NCBI GenBank assembly: GCA_040390725.1
Contig: JAZJXT010000003.1
Coordinates: 34,502 to 98,501 of the forward strand
Origin: Patescibacteria group bacterium
Lineage (GTDB): Bacteria > Patescibacteriota > Minisyncoccia > Phycocordibacterales > UBA9973
Direction of reading: 5' to 3'
Length of the DNA stretch: 64,000 bases
Shown here: piece by piece, positions 46,420 through 57,258 of the stretch
How positions within the stretch are numbered: the stretch's first letter is position 1
Layout of the letters: the number at the start of each line of letters is the position of its first letter
Notes under the pieces: generated by a model
Databases searched by the model: none
The model's input: only the letters and a program-made list of their open reading frames with translations
What the model was told of the DNA's origin: nothing
Translations under genes and position numbers: made by a program

Positions 46420-47463
46420 ATGAATCATCAAAAAACAGAACTTTATTTTTTATTTTTTCTACTAGCGGTGGTTTTTGTCCTTAGCTTTTTTATTTTTCAG
46501 CCATTTCTTTACGCTCTTGTTTTTGCAGTAGTTTTCACTACGGTTTTTGCCGGAGTGCACAAGAAAATTCTTTTTTTAACGCGTCAGAATAAAGGTTTGG
46601 CTGCATTATTATCCACCGTCTTAGTCCTAGCTATTGTCATCACTCCTTTGGTATTTTTAACCGTACAGATGTTTCGCGAGACGACATCCATTTATTCCTC
46701 TATAGCAACTAACGGCGGGCTGAATGATTTCTCAGGATTTATCACAAGTAAATTACATAGCTTGGAGAGATTTATCCACGTGCCTATCCATGTGCCGGCG
46801 GGAGTTTCATTGAATATGAATCAATACCTCAAAAATGGTCTTGATTGGTTGATACAAAATTTAGGATTTATTTTTTCGCATGCAATATTTATAATGGGTA
46901 GTTTTATAGTTTTTCTTATCGCGCTTTATTATTTATTTAAAGACGGAAAAGATTTAAAAGAATCTTTAATTAAATTAAGTCCGTTAAAAGATGTTTATAG
47001 TGAAAAGATTTTTACAAAATTAAGCATGGCGACTAATTCTGTCGTGATCGGCAGTCTTTTGATAGCCGTCATTCAGGGTATCTTTGCGACGGCGGGTTTT
47101 GCTATCTTTGGAGTTCCGAATGCCGTAGTCTGGGGCAGTATCGCATCTCTGGCGGCCTTGATACCGGGTGTCGGTACATCTTTAGTGGTGATTCCCGCTG
47201 TGATTTTTTTATTTTTCAAAGGAAACATGTTTCACACTTTCGGGCTTTTGATTTGGGGAGTCACTATTGTTACTCTTATTGATAACGGCCTAAAACCAAA
47301 ACTAATAGAAAGGGGAATGACGATACATCCGTTTTTGATTTTGCTTTCCGCATTGGGAGGTATAGTATTTTTCGGGCCGATTGGATTTTTGTTGGGCCCG
47401 TTGGTCTTGGGTTTACTTTTTGTTTTGCTTGAAATTTATTCTTCCATCCAAAAAGAAAGTTAA
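46420..47463 (+). CDS. AI-2E family transporter
   Basis: YYLFKDG, QG....GFAIFGVP, IPGVGT, IDN.LKP, HP..ILLS.LGG..FG..G..LGP. Confidence 0.92.
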   Translation: MNHQKTELYFLFFLLAVVFVLSFFIFQPFLYALVFAVVFTTVFAGVHKKILFLTRQNKGLAALLSTVLVLAIVITPLVFLTVQMFRETTSIYSSIATNGGLNDFSGFITSKLHSLERFIHVPIHVPAGVSLNMNQYLKNGLDWLIQNLGFIFSHAIFIMGSFIVFLIALYYLFKDGKDLKESLIKLSPLKDVYSEKIFTKLSMATNSVVIGSLLIAVIQGIFATAGFAIFGVPNAVVWGSIASLAALIPGVGTSLVVIPAVIFLFFKGNMFHTFGLLIWGVTIVTLIDNGLKPKLIERGMTIHPFLILLSALGGIVFFGPIGFLLGPLVLGLLFVLLEIYSSIQKES

Positions 47464-47481
47464 TATTATTGTAAATAATTT

Positions 47482-49737
47482 ATGCGCAAATTTGAACTTT
47501 ACAGACGAGTACTGCCGAGCGTGGGGCCTATTATTTTTAGAAATATTTTTGTTTTAGTAAATGCGATTATTCTTATTGTGGTTGTATTGCTCGTTGTTTT
47601 TGGTAATGGGCAAGCAGGGTTATTTCTGGGTATTGTTTTTTCCTTAAATACATTGATAGCTATCACTCAAGACATTCGTGCACGAATACTTTTGGAAAAA
47701 TTACAGATGCTAACTGCTCTTAAGGTTGTCCGTATTAATAAAGACAAAACGGAAGAATTGATAATGGCGGAAGAAATACTGAGAGGTGATTTATTAAAAT
47801 TAAAACTTGGCGATCAAATGCCTTGCGAGGGAGTATTAATTTCTTCAGATAATATGGAAGTCTCCGAAGCATTAGTGACAGGTGAATCTGATTCATTTCC
47901 TAAAAAAATAGGGGACAAGGTTATAGCAGGGGCTATTATTACTTCTGGTTTTGGTATTGCGGAGGCGCAAGAAATTTTTCATCAAAGTAGACTTTCTGTG
48001 ATAGCTGAAGATGTAAAAAAATATGCGGCGAGTCCGAGCTCTATTCAGCGGGCTACGACAAATGTTATAAAATATTCCGGATATATTTTACTTATTGTTA
48101 TTTTATTTGTTATTTCGCGCGGAGTTTTGATGCATGCATCAAGGTTGGAAATAGTGAACAATATCGGTGCATTGGCCAGCACGATAGTGCCACAAGGCTT
48201 GGTGGTAGTTTTGACTTTGCTTTTTGCCATTGGGGCCGCCAGCTATTCCAGGAAAAATGTTCTTTTTCAGGAAATAAATGCGACGGAAAAACTCGGGCGA
48301 ATAAAAAATCTTTGCATGGACAAGACGGGCACTCTTACAGATAATGTGTTGGTTGTCGAAGATATGCATGTATTAAAAGAATTTCGAGATACGGACGCAG
48401 AGGCATTGGTGTTCTCATATATTTTAGGCTCCGGAGATTCATCGCAGACTATCTTGGCAGTAAAAAAATATTTAGAAAGTAAAAATGATAATTTAAATAA
48501 TAAAAAAATTGAAGTTGTCAGCGCACTACCTTTTTCTTCTTGGCGGCAATACGGAGCGGTGGAAATAATGGGAGATATGGGAAAGCAAGCTGTATTTGTG
48601 GGCACACCGGAGCTTTTTCTAAACAGTATTTCTGGGGTTGAAGAAAAAAAATTATTGCAAAAGATAGTTTTAGAAAATGCACGAGCGGGGAAAAGAGTTT
48701 TATGCGTGGCTCATTCCAGTGATGCAGAACTTCCAAAAGATTTATCCAACACAAGCCTGTCTATGGTGGCTATATTTGTTTTTAAAAATACTTTTAGGCA
48801 GGGAATAAATGATGCAGTAAAATTTTTCCAAAATCGAGGTGTACGAATACGAATACTTTCCGGAGATAATCCGGCTACTGTGTGCAGAGTCGCGGAAGAT
48901 GTGGGAGTAAATTGCGCCGGTGACATGGTGACCGGAGAAGAAATGGCAAAATGGAGCGAAAAAGATTTTGAAAATCAAGCACATAAATACACAATCTTTG
49001 CGCAGATTTTACCGGAACAAAAAGTGAAACTCATCGAAGCATTTAAAAAAGATGGATTTACGGCCATGGTGGGAGATGGAGTCAATGATGCCTTGGCAAT
49101 GAAAAAAGCAGACCTAGGAATAGCTATGTTTGACGGAGTTCCGGTGACTCGGCAACTTGCCGGAGTAATATTGATGACCAATAGTTTTGCAGATTTACCC
49201 GGCGCAGTGGAATTGGCAGATCATTTTATTCGGAGTATTGAAATAAGTTCCGGTACTTATATCAATCAAAGCTTTGCGGGCTTGTTATTTTTTGTGGTTA
49301 TTAGCATTTTCGGGTATGCATTTCCATTTACTCCGCTCAATATTACTTTTATGAATTATTTTACTGTAGGATTGCCGGGTATTTTGATTGCGTATTGGGC
49401 ATTGCGTCCTATGGGTAAAATATTACCAAAAAATAATAAATCTTTTTTAGGCAGAATAATGCCTTTAGTTATTTATTGCGGTATTATAGAAGCCATAGGT
49501 GTATCTTTTATATATATTTTAAGTTTACAATATATAAAAAATTCTAGTACATTGGCGGGACTTTCTTTTATTTTATTTGGCTTTGTGTTTTTATTTTTTG
49601 CTGTAAAAACGTATTGTGGTTCTATTACAAAAAGGGAGGTATTTCAGCTTCTCTTGCTTGTGTTATTTGAACTTGTAATTATTTACCTGGCTATTCATAT
49701 ATCATTTATTATTAAGTTCTTTAACATCATGCTTTAG
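47482..49737 (+). CDS. P-type ATPase (CtpE-like)
   Basis: TGES, VPQGL, DKTGTLT, SGDN, MVGDGVND. Confidence 0.92.
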   Translation: MRKFELYRRVLPSVGPIIFRNIFVLVNAIILIVVVLLVVFGNGQAGLFLGIVFSLNTLIAITQDIRARILLEKLQMLTALKVVRINKDKTEELIMAEEILRGDLLKLKLGDQMPCEGVLISSDNMEVSEALVTGESDSFPKKIGDKVIAGAIITSGFGIAEAQEIFHQSRLSVIAEDVKKYAASPSSIQRATTNVIKYSGYILLIVILFVISRGVLMHASRLEIVNNIGALASTIVPQGLVVVLTLLFAIGAASYSRKNVLFQEINATEKLGRIKNLCMDKTGTLTDNVLVVEDMHVLKEFRDTDAEALVFSYILGSGDSSQTILAVKKYLESKNDNLNNKKIEVVSALPFSSWRQYGAVEIMGDMGKQAVFVGTPELFLNSISGVEEKKLLQKIVLENARAGKRVLCVAHSSDAELPKDLSNTSLSMVAIFVFKNTFRQGINDAVKFFQNRGVRIRILSGDNPATVCRVAEDVGVNCAGDMVTGEEMAKWSEKDFENQAHKYTIFAQILPEQKVKLIEAFKKDGFTAMVGDGVNDALAMKKADLGIAMFDGVPVTRQLAGVILMTNSFADLPGAVELADHFIRSIEISSGTYINQSFAGLLFFVVISIFGYAFPFTPLNITFMNYFTVGLPGILIAYWALRPMGKILPKNNKSFLGRIMPLVIYCGIIEAIGVSFIYILSLQYIKNSSTLAGLSFILFGFVFLFFAVKTYCGSITKREVFQLLLLVLFELVIIYLAIHISFIIKFFNIML

Positions 49738-49803
49738 TTTTATATTTACGCACCAAGGTGATATAATATGGCGTATATATTAGTGTAAAAATTATTCGGA
49801 CTA

Positions 49804-50988
49804 ATGAAAAATTTAGAAGAAAAATTAAATATCGCGATGATTTGCGACCCTATCGGTGGCAATAAATCTGGCGTAGTAGTATCCACTATGCGTTTTTCTA
49901 AACTTTTAAAAGACAGGGGGCACAATATTATTTTTGTCGGAGCACGCTCTCTGGAGCACAAAGACCATAGTCATCACCATGGCATAAAAGCTTATCGTTA
50001 TCGGAGTTTACCTATTCCAAAATCCGGAGGCTGGAATCTTTCTTTTCCTACGGTCGGGGAATTAAAAAAAGTTTTTATAGAAGAGAAAATAAATGTAGTG
50101 CATATTGTTTTGCCGATGGCTAGCTCAATAGTGGCTATAAAGGCGGCGCGATCTTTAAATATAAAAATGGTGGCGCATTCGCATTCTCAGCCGGAGAATT
50201 TATTTATGGATATGCCAAAAATAATTCGTCCTACATTGGACAGTTTATGGAATAAATATTTAGCCTGGACTTATGGCAAAGCAGAATCATTAATTTATCC
50301 GTCAGAGATGGCGCGTAGCTTGCTCGATAAATTGAGCAAGAAAAACCAGCCTTCGTCTGTAGTGAGTAATGGAATAAATTTGCAAGACTTCCAGCCGAAG
50401 GGTGTGGGGGATTTTTATGAAAAATTTAATATACCGACAGATAGAGTAAAATTACTTTTTGTAGGCAGATTGTTTCCAGAAAAATCCATTGATACTTTAA
50501 TAAAAGCAATGCCATTTATAATTAAAAAACATCCAAAGACTCATTTAATGATAGTCGGCGGGGGACACTTGAGGTCAAGCTTGGAAAAGTTGGCGCACAA
50601 ACTAGGTGTCAGTAAACATATTACTTTTTTGGGCTTGATAAGTGAAGAAGATAAAATATCAGCTTATAATGCTTGCGATATATTTATTTTGCCGTCATTG
50701 GCGGAGCTCGAGGGGATGGTGGTGCTCGAGGCTATGGCTTGCGGTAAGCCTATCATTGTCTCTGATGCTGAGATGAGCGCATCGCGGTATTTTGTGGATG
50801 GCAACGGTTTTTTATTTAAAACACAGGATCATGAAGACCTGGCACATCAGGCGTTGAAACTGATTATTGATACGGATTTGCGCAATAAAATGGGCATAGT
50901 TAGTTTGGCAAAAATTCAGAATTATGATATAAATAAGAGCGTTGAATTACTGGAAGAAGTTTACTATTCTGCTTTAAATAAAAAATGA
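49804..50988 (+). CDS. GT4 glycosyltransferase (glycolipid synthase-like)
   Basis: GVVVST, SNGI, VGRL..EK, ELEGMVVLEAMACG. Confidence 0.9.
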   Translation: MKNLEEKLNIAMICDPIGGNKSGVVVSTMRFSKLLKDRGHNIIFVGARSLEHKDHSHHHGIKAYRYRSLPIPKSGGWNLSFPTVGELKKVFIEEKINVVHIVLPMASSIVAIKAARSLNIKMVAHSHSQPENLFMDMPKIIRPTLDSLWNKYLAWTYGKAESLIYPSEMARSLLDKLSKKNQPSSVVSNGINLQDFQPKGVGDFYEKFNIPTDRVKLLFVGRLFPEKSIDTLIKAMPFIIKKHPKTHLMIVGGGHLRSSLEKLAHKLGVSKHITFLGLISEEDKISAYNACDIFILPSLAELEGMVVLEAMACGKPIIVSDAEMSASRYFVDGNGFLFKTQDHEDLAHQALKLIIDTDLRNKMGIVSLAKIQNYDINKSVELLEEVYYSALNKK

Positions 50989-51809
50989 AAGAACATTTTT
51001 GGGAAGAAAAAGGTATCTATTATAGAATGAATGAGTTCAAGCCGAATAGGTTGACCTTGGTTTTTATACATGGACTTTCGGGTTCTTCTTCGGCTTGGTG
51101 GCCTTATGAAAAAATATTTGAAAATAAATATAATATGCTGACTTACGATATTCGTGGACATGGAAAATCAAAAAAATTCTCAAATTATTCTGATTATGAA
51201 ATAAAAAATTTCGCCAATGACTTGCACGACCTATTTTCATATCTTAAAATATCCCCATTCGTTTTGGTGGGGCATTCAATGGGTACATTGATCGCAGGTG
51301 AGTATATTAAACGATACAGAGAAAGTGTATTAGCTGTTATTTTTCTTTCACCGATTTTTAATATGGAAAAAGAATTTTCAGGAAAAATTTTACGTTTATT
51401 GCTTAGGTTAAATAAAATTTTTAGCTTATTCCCATTTAATCCAAAACTGGGGCATCATGTTGACTATGCAAAATATCCAAATACGACTGATTGGAATATG
51501 AAAAGATTTTTTGCGGATAGTTTAAATACTACATTTCGCGTTCATCTTTATTGCTTGAAGCAGTCTATGATGCTAGAGCAAGAGTATTTTTTAGAAAAAA
51601 TAAAAATACCCACATTGATTGTTCATGGAGTTAATGACTCTATGGTGCCGGTAAAAAATGCAATTACTTTGTCTGGAAAAATAGAGAATGCAGAGCTCGT
51701 ACTCATACCGAATACCGATCATATAGTAGTATTAAATAATGTAAAAGAAATATCAAAAATTGTAGAAGATTTTATAGAAAAAAATAAAGAAATTTTTAAA
51801 AATAATTAA
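50985..51809 (+). CDS. Alpha/beta hydrolase
   Basis: FIHGL, DIRGHG, GHSMG nucleophile elbow, G..D..VP, catalytic H. Confidence 0.9.
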   Translation: MKEHFWEEKGIYYRMNEFKPNRLTLVFIHGLSGSSSAWWPYEKIFENKYNMLTYDIRGHGKSKKFSNYSDYEIKNFANDLHDLFSYLKISPFVLVGHSMGTLIAGEYIKRYRESVLAVIFLSPIFNMEKEFSGKILRLLLRLNKIFSLFPFNPKLGHHVDYAKYPNTTDWNMKRFFADSLNTTFRVHLYCLKQSMMLEQEYFLEKIKIPTLIVHGVNDSMVPVKNAITLSGKIENAELVLIPNTDHIVVLNNVKEISKIVEDFIEKNKEIFKNN

Positions 51810-51818
51810 TAAATTTAT

Positions 51819-52463
51819 ATGCAACACTATAAAGAATATTTTTCCAATAAAAGTTTTGTAATCTCCTTTATTTTAGGAGTTTTGGCTTTAGTGGTCAGTT
51901 ATATGGCGCAATTTTATTCGAGTCTTTATGCGACATCTATGTCGAGTTCTCCCGTGACGGATATCATACTTAGTAATACCAGAGTGTATGATGTAGACGG
52001 GATTTTTGTTTACGGATCAGTGGCGTTAGTCCTTCTTGTTCTTTGCATAGGATTGACCAGGTTAAATTATGCGCCTTTTATCATGAAGAGTGTGGCACTT
52101 TTTACTTTTATAAGGTCAATTTTTATAAGCTTGACACACGTTAGTCCATTTCCGACTCATGTGATAATCAGTTCTGATTTTTTTAGAGACCGGTTATTTT
52201 ATGGTATTTTTACGGGGAACGACCTTTTCTTTTCCGGACACACGGGAGTGCCTTTTCTTTTAGCTCTTATTTTTTGGGAACATAAAATACTAAGGATAGT
52301 TTTCCTTTGTTTTTCTGGGATTTTTGCAGTAGTCGTATTGCTCGGACATTTGCACTATTCTATAGATGTTTTGGCGGCATTCTTTATTTCTTATAGTATA
52401 TATGAGATTTCCAATAAATTTTTCAAGAAAGATAAAGAGCTTTTTTTAAAAAAAGTAGTATAA
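51819..52463 (+). CDS. PAP2 / sphingomyelin-synthase-like (PAP2_C) membrane protein
   Basis: DLFFSGHT and HLHYSIDV motifs. Confidence 0.85.
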   Translation: MQHYKEYFSNKSFVISFILGVLALVVSYMAQFYSSLYATSMSSSPVTDIILSNTRVYDVDGIFVYGSVALVLLVLCIGLTRLNYAPFIMKSVALFTFIRSIFISLTHVSPFPTHVIISSDFFRDRLFYGIFTGNDLFFSGHTGVPFLLALIFWEHKILRIVFLCFSGIFAVVVLLGHLHYSIDVLAAFFISYSIYEISNKFFKKDKELFLKKVV

Positions 52464-52471
52464 TATAAAAT

Positions 52472-52870
52472 ATGGAAGAAAAACCAGTCAGGCATTATTA
52501 TGGCGATCAAATAAGAATATTGTTTATGTTTGCGGGAGTGCTCTTGGTAGTCACTTTTCCTTTTTTCAGTGAACTTTTTCATTTGCCAATTTTAATTCCT
52601 TTAATTGCTATTCTTACTCTAGCCGTATTGGGCGGTTTTTTGAACCCGGTGCATAAGTGGATTATTTATATAGATACTCTCGTGGCATCAGTCGCTTTTC
52701 TTTCATGTGAATATTATGCTGTGAATACTTATGTGCGTGGAGTTTTTGAAATTTCTCAAAATGTTTATTTTTTTTGGCTTAATCAAATCTTAGCTTTGTT
52801 CTTTTTCTTTGCCGTATATTTATGCATTAAAACTTTACGTGGAAAGATTTTGAACCCGAATAATCCATAA
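52472..52870 (+). CDS. 4-TM hypothetical protein
   Basis: HYYGD..R.LF; four hydrophobic helices. Confidence 0.7.
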   Translation: MEEKPVRHYYGDQIRILFMFAGVLLVVTFPFFSELFHLPILIPLIAILTLAVLGGFLNPVHKWIIYIDTLVASVAFLSCEYYAVNTYVRGVFEISQNVYFFWLNQILALFFFFAVYLCIKTLRGKILNPNNP

Positions 52871-52905
52871 AAAAACGAGTAAGGGGTTACCTTACTCGTT
52901 TTTTT
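52869..52905. terminator. Bidirectional terminator
   Basis: AAAAAAACGAGTAAGG/CCTTACTCGTTTTTTT. Confidence 0.85.
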
Positions 52906-52915
52906 ATTTTCTATT

Positions 52916-53155
52916 TTAATAATCTTTTGAAGATAGTCTGCCGGCGATGATCTGGTCGATAACCCGGGCTATTTCTCGAAGACGATTACGCATGTATTCT
53001 CTGTTGCGGTCTTCAGCATCTGCTGAAGTTGGTGGACTGCTCCAGTAATAGTCAATTATATCCCTATTAAGAGGGTCACGTACAGTATTTCTAATATCTT
53101 CTAAGATTCTATTTTGTCTGGCTTTTGCATTTTCAATATCAAATTCATCTGACAT
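52916..53155 (-). CDS. Small hypothetical protein
   Basis: 79-aa ORF ending at the terminator; upstream TGCTATAAT. Confidence 0.55.
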   Translation of the reverse strand: MSDEFDIENAKARQNRILEDIRNTVRDPLNRDIIDYYWSSPPTSADAEDRNREYMRNRLREIARVIDQIIAGRLSSKDY

Positions 53156-53256
53156 ATATTTTTATAAGTTATTTATAATTTAATATTATAGCATGGTTTT
53201 AAATATGCACCATTTTTATTGTTTCCTCGTATATAAAAAGGGTGTATAATAAATGT

Positions 53257-53727
53257 ATGAAAAAATTAACTTCATTTTTAGAACTTTATTCGCATAGCGT
53301 TCTTCGTATTGGATTGTCTATGGTTATTCTTTGGTTTAGTTCACAACAGTTTTTACACACCGATGCGTGGACGGCATATGTGCCGGATTCAGCTGTGGCT
53401 GTGACGCATTTGAGTGCAGTGACTCTCGTTTATTTTAATGCAGTGTTTGAATTGGTTTTCGGCATTATACTTTTATTCGGATGGAAAACAAGATTAGCCG
53501 CGTTTCTACTTTCTTTGCATCTTTTCGATATAATGTATGTCGTTGGTTATGGAGAAATAGGTGTGCGGGATTTTGGGCTCGCTGTCGCTACATTTACTGT
53601 ATTTATGAATGGACCGGATATGCTTTGTGCGGATCAAAAGAAAAATTATGATAATGTAGAAAGTATTAAAAATTTTTTACCCAAGGCGGATCAGCCTGTG
53701 GTTGAAAAAGTAAAAAAGTTTATTTAA
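53257..53727 (+). CDS. DoxX family membrane protein
   Basis: LRIGL..V.LWF, FELVFG..LL.G.KTR, GVRDFGL. Confidence 0.8.
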   Translation: MKKLTSFLELYSHSVLRIGLSMVILWFSSQQFLHTDAWTAYVPDSAVAVTHLSAVTLVYFNAVFELVFGIILLFGWKTRLAAFLLSLHLFDIMYVVGYGEIGVRDFGLAVATFTVFMNGPDMLCADQKKNYDNVESIKNFLPKADQPVVEKVKKFI

Positions 53728-53746
53728 AAATAATTAAAAAAATAAA

Positions 53747-54211
53747 ATGCAAAAGAAAATAGGAATTTTTATAGGAATTATAGTTGTGCTTGGTGTAGGA
53801 TTTGTAACAATCTTTTCCGGAAAGAAAGATTCAACTAGCGCAGTTGTTCCTGTGGCGGATAATTCTACTGCGACACAATTGCCTCCTGCTGATAATGTGA
53901 AACGTACTTCTTCTGGGTATAAAGATGGCACATATTCTGCTACTGGTTCGTACATGTCTCCGGGCGGATATGATCAATTAGGTGTTTCGCTTACTTTGAA
54001 AGATGGAATTATTACTGATGTTTCTGTTACCAACATGGCTGGTGATGAAAAATCAAAGAAAATTCAAGATATGTTTATTGCTAATTATAAACAGTACGTC
54101 GTTGGTAGGAATATATCGGACTTAAATTTAACTAAAGTTTCCGGCTCTTCACTCACTCCACAAGGATTCAATGACGCTATTGAGCAGATAAAAACTCAAG
54201 CTCAAGCGTAA
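53747..54211 (+). CDS. Membrane-anchored FMN-binding domain protein
   Basis: N-terminal TM; YKDGTY, VSGSSLT (flavinylation motif variant). Confidence 0.8.
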   Translation: MQKKIGIFIGIIVVLGVGFVTIFSGKKDSTSAVVPVADNSTATQLPPADNVKRTSSGYKDGTYSATGSYMSPGGYDQLGVSLTLKDGIITDVSVTNMAGDEKSKKIQDMFIANYKQYVVGRNISDLNLTKVSGSSLTPQGFNDAIEQIKTQAQA

Positions 54212-54215
54212 CTAA

Positions 54216-55091
54216 ATGATACAGTTTAATTTCGAAGGCATAGGCACAGCTTGGGTTATAGATATATACAAAGACCTCACTAAAAGTAAGGAAGAAAATA
54301 TTCTTTCTAAAATAAAAAATAGAATAGAAATTTTTGATAAAAATTATTCTAGATTTCGTGATGACTCGTTAGTGACAAAAATGTCCAAAGATATAGGAGA
54401 TTTTTTATTGCCTGACGATGCGGAAGAAATGTTTTCACTTTATTATGATTTATATTTAAAAACTAATGGGTTATTTACTCCTTTAGTAGGCGACCTTTTG
54501 TCTGACGCCGGATATGATGCAAAGTATTCTTTGAAACAAAGAAAAGATTTAGAAATACCGTTGGCATGGGAAGAAGTGATGGAATATAAATTTCCAAATT
54601 TAAAAATAAACAAACCCGTACTTCTGGATTTTGGCGCAGGGGGCAAAGGCTATCTTGTTGATTTGGTGGCGAAAGTTTTGGAAGAAGATAATATTTTTGA
54701 GTATTGTATTGATGCGGGAGGAGATATACTACATAAAGGTAAAATGCCTATTCGTGTTGGGCTTGAAAATCCGGAAAACATAAAACAAGTTATTGGTGTT
54801 TATAATTTACAAAATAAAAGTATCTGCGGTTCCGCGGGGAATCGTCGTAAATGGGGCAATTTTACCCATATTTTTAACCCTAAAACCCTCACTTCTCCTG
54901 ATGAAATTATAGGTGTATGGGTCGTTGCTAAAACTGCACTTTTAGCTGATGCTCTGGCGACGTGTTTATTTTTTGTATCAGCAGAAAATCTTTTTGATTA
55001 TGAATTTGAATATATTTTAATTAAAAAAGATTTTTCAGTAGAAAAGTCTAAAAATTTTTCCGGAGAGATTTTTAGTGCGAATAATCTATAA
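54216..55091 (+). CDS. apbE: FAD:protein FMN transferase
   Basis: GT, YSRFR.DS, LDFGAGGKGY.VD, DAGGDI, HIFNPKT, ADALAT. Confidence 0.9.
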   Translation: MIQFNFEGIGTAWVIDIYKDLTKSKEENILSKIKNRIEIFDKNYSRFRDDSLVTKMSKDIGDFLLPDDAEEMFSLYYDLYLKTNGLFTPLVGDLLSDAGYDAKYSLKQRKDLEIPLAWEEVMEYKFPNLKINKPVLLDFGAGGKGYLVDLVAKVLEEDNIFEYCIDAGGDILHKGKMPIRVGLENPENIKQVIGVYNLQNKSICGSAGNRRKWGNFTHIFNPKTLTSPDEIIGVWVVAKTALLADALATCLFFVSAENLFDYEFEYILIKKDFSVEKSKNFSGEIFSANNL

Positions 55092-55679
55092 ACAATGTTT
55101 TAAAAAATGTTCGTGGAAAATAGGGGAAGTGAATTCAGGGTGGAAGCAAGTTGCTAAATAATATTTATTCCCGATTTTTTCTTCACAGGCTAGAATTTCT
55201 TTATTCTTTTCTGCGAGAATTGCGACGTTCTTACCTATTGATTTTATTTTTGGTGCGCGTATAAATACTGCATTTATGTTACCGAGTTTTGTTTCTATTT
55301 CTTCTTCGAAAGATTCGCTTTGTGTGCCGTAGGCATTTCTGTCTATTTTGATATTCATCAGTTCAAAAGTTTTTTGGTTTTTGGTTTTATGTAGGACTTT
55401 TTTGGCTAGGAGTATCGCTCCGGCGCAAGTGCCGAAGATATTTTTTATCTTTTTTATTTCGTTAAAAATCTTTGCCTCGTCGCAGAGTTTTTGCATAGTG
55501 GTGCTTTCCCCGCCGGGGATTACTAGCCCATCTAAATTTTCTAAATCTTTTTTTGTTCGCGTCCAAATAACATTTAAATTTATTTTTAAATTTTCTCCGG
55601 CTTTTTTGAGAGCTTGTTCATGCTCGATAACATCTCCATGAAAAGCTAAAATGCCTATGTTTAATGATTTTTTCACCAT
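55086..55679 (-). CDS. pdxT: PLP synthase glutaminase subunit
   Basis: GDVIEH, PGGESTT, GTCAG, RNAYG.Q, FIRAP, FHPE. Confidence 0.95.
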   Translation of the reverse strand: MVKKSLNIGILAFHGDVIEHEQALKKAGENLKINLNVIWTRTKKDLENLDGLVIPGGESTTMQKLCDEAKIFNEIKKIKNIFGTCAGAILLAKKVLHKTKNQKTFELMNIKIDRNAYGTQSESFEEEIETKLGNINAVFIRAPKIKSIGKNVAILAEKNKEILACEEKIGNKYYLATCFHPEFTSPIFHEHFLKHCL

Positions 55680-55693
55680 AATTTAATAATGAA

Positions 55694-56599
55694 TTAGTTG
55701 CCTCGTTCCTCCATCCTGGTAGCGAGGGTAGCTATTTCCAAGCCTTTCATAGCATCACCCAGACCTTCACTCACATCAGCTATTATTTTTGCATCATTAT
55801 AATGCGCGACTGCGTCTACAATTGCCTTTGCCATTTTCTTTGGATTGGAACTTTTAAAAATTCCCGAGCCGACGAAAACTCCGTCTACTCCCATTTGCAT
55901 GCATAGCGCCGCATCAGCTGGAGTGGCTATGCCTCCTGCCGCGAAATTTACCAATGGCAAGCGCTCAAGCTTTGCAGTTTGTAAAACTAATTCTACCGGC
56001 ACTCTATATTCTTTCGCGAGTTCATTTAATTTTTTTGTATTTTTATTTTTTAATAAAGTTTGGAGTTCTGCAATACCTTCATTTAATGCGCGGATGTGTT
56101 TGACTGCTTCTACGATATTTCCCGTGCCGGCTTCACCTTTGGTGCGCATCATCGCAGCGCCTTCATTTATCCTGCGCAATGCTTCGCCTAAATTCCTGGA
56201 ACCACAAACAAAAGGCACTTTGAAATTATTTTTATTGATGTGGAATTTTTCATCAGCCGGAGTCAAAACTTCACTTTCATCAATATAGTCTATACCAAGA
56301 GATTCTAGGACTTGTGCCTCTACAAAATGCCCGATTCTGCATTTTGCCATCACTGGAATAGTAACTGCTTTTTGAATTCCTTTAATCATTTTAGGGTCTG
56401 ACATTCTGGCAACTCCGCCCATAGCGCGTATGTCTGATGGCACTCGTTCGAGCGCCATCACAGCCACAGCTCCTGCATTCTCGGCGATTTTAGCCTGTTC
56501 GGCATTTACGACGTCCATAATAACCCCACCTTTTAGCATCTGAGCCAATCCGGACTTTAAAGTAAAACCACCTTTCTTTTTTGGTTCTATTTTTTTCAT
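55694..56599 (-). CDS. pdxS: PLP synthase lyase subunit
   Basis: [38 protein letters not shown]. Confidence 0.97.
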   Translation of the reverse strand: MKKIEPKKKGGFTLKSGLAQMLKGGVIMDVVNAEQAKIAENAGAVAVMALERVPSDIRAMGGVARMSDPKMIKGIQKAVTIPVMAKCRIGHFVEAQVLESLGIDYIDESEVLTPADEKFHINKNNFKVPFVCGSRNLGEALRRINEGAAMMRTKGEAGTGNIVEAVKHIRALNEGIAELQTLLKNKNTKKLNELAKEYRVPVELVLQTAKLERLPLVNFAAGGIATPADAALCMQMGVDGVFVGSGIFKSSNPKKMAKAIVDAVAHYNDAKIIADVSEGLGDAMKGLEIATLATRMEERGN

Positions 56600-56758
56600 A
56601 ATTTTATATGGGATTATCATATCATATTTTAATAAAAATAAATTTTTTTGCCTGCTTGAATGTTGTTCTTGATTTTATTCCCAAGCAGTGGTAGTCTAAT
56701 AAACGGATTTGTTCGGACGAACAGTTCAAAGATGTTTAACCTTTAAAAATTACATACC

Positions 56759-57160
56759 ATGAAAGTACTTCAAAGTTTAATTCAGACCCAGTCGAAATTA
56801 CATCCTCTTTTTGATAAATATTTTTCCGATGTAGAAGTATTTATTAAATTAGTAAAGCGAAAAGTCGGTACAAGTTTTATTTTTTCAGTGTCTTTTTTAA
56901 GGCCAAGCTTTAACTTTTTATTAACAATAAAAACCAAAGATGAAGAAGAAAGCAGGTTCGTAGAGATTCGTATACTCGAAAATGAAGTAAGCATCGAGTA
57001 TTTTCAAAGAGACAAACAAACTGTTAAAAAATCTTTACCCACTTATTCTACCGTTATGTTTAAGGTGGATGGAAACAATGTTGATGTTTTTGTCTTTGAA
57101 TTAGAATTTCAAGTAAAACATTTTCTACGGGGACAGCTTCCGTTCAAGTATCTGGACTAA
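56759..57160 (+). CDS. Hypothetical protein
   Basis: 133-aa ORF with upstream TGG-TAGTCT promoter-like element. Confidence 0.6.
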   Translation: MKVLQSLIQTQSKLHPLFDKYFSDVEVFIKLVKRKVGTSFIFSVSFLRPSFNFLLTIKTKDEEESRFVEIRILENEVSIEYFQRDKQTVKKSLPTYSTVMFKVDGNNVDVFVFELEFQVKHFLRGQLPFKYLD

Positions 57161-57258
57161 ATATTATCGCTAAGTCCGAGACATGAAAGGCGGACATAAA
57201 AAATACCGAGTAGTATTAATTGTATTTTTTTTAGTTTTTTACCTTAAATTTTTAACTT

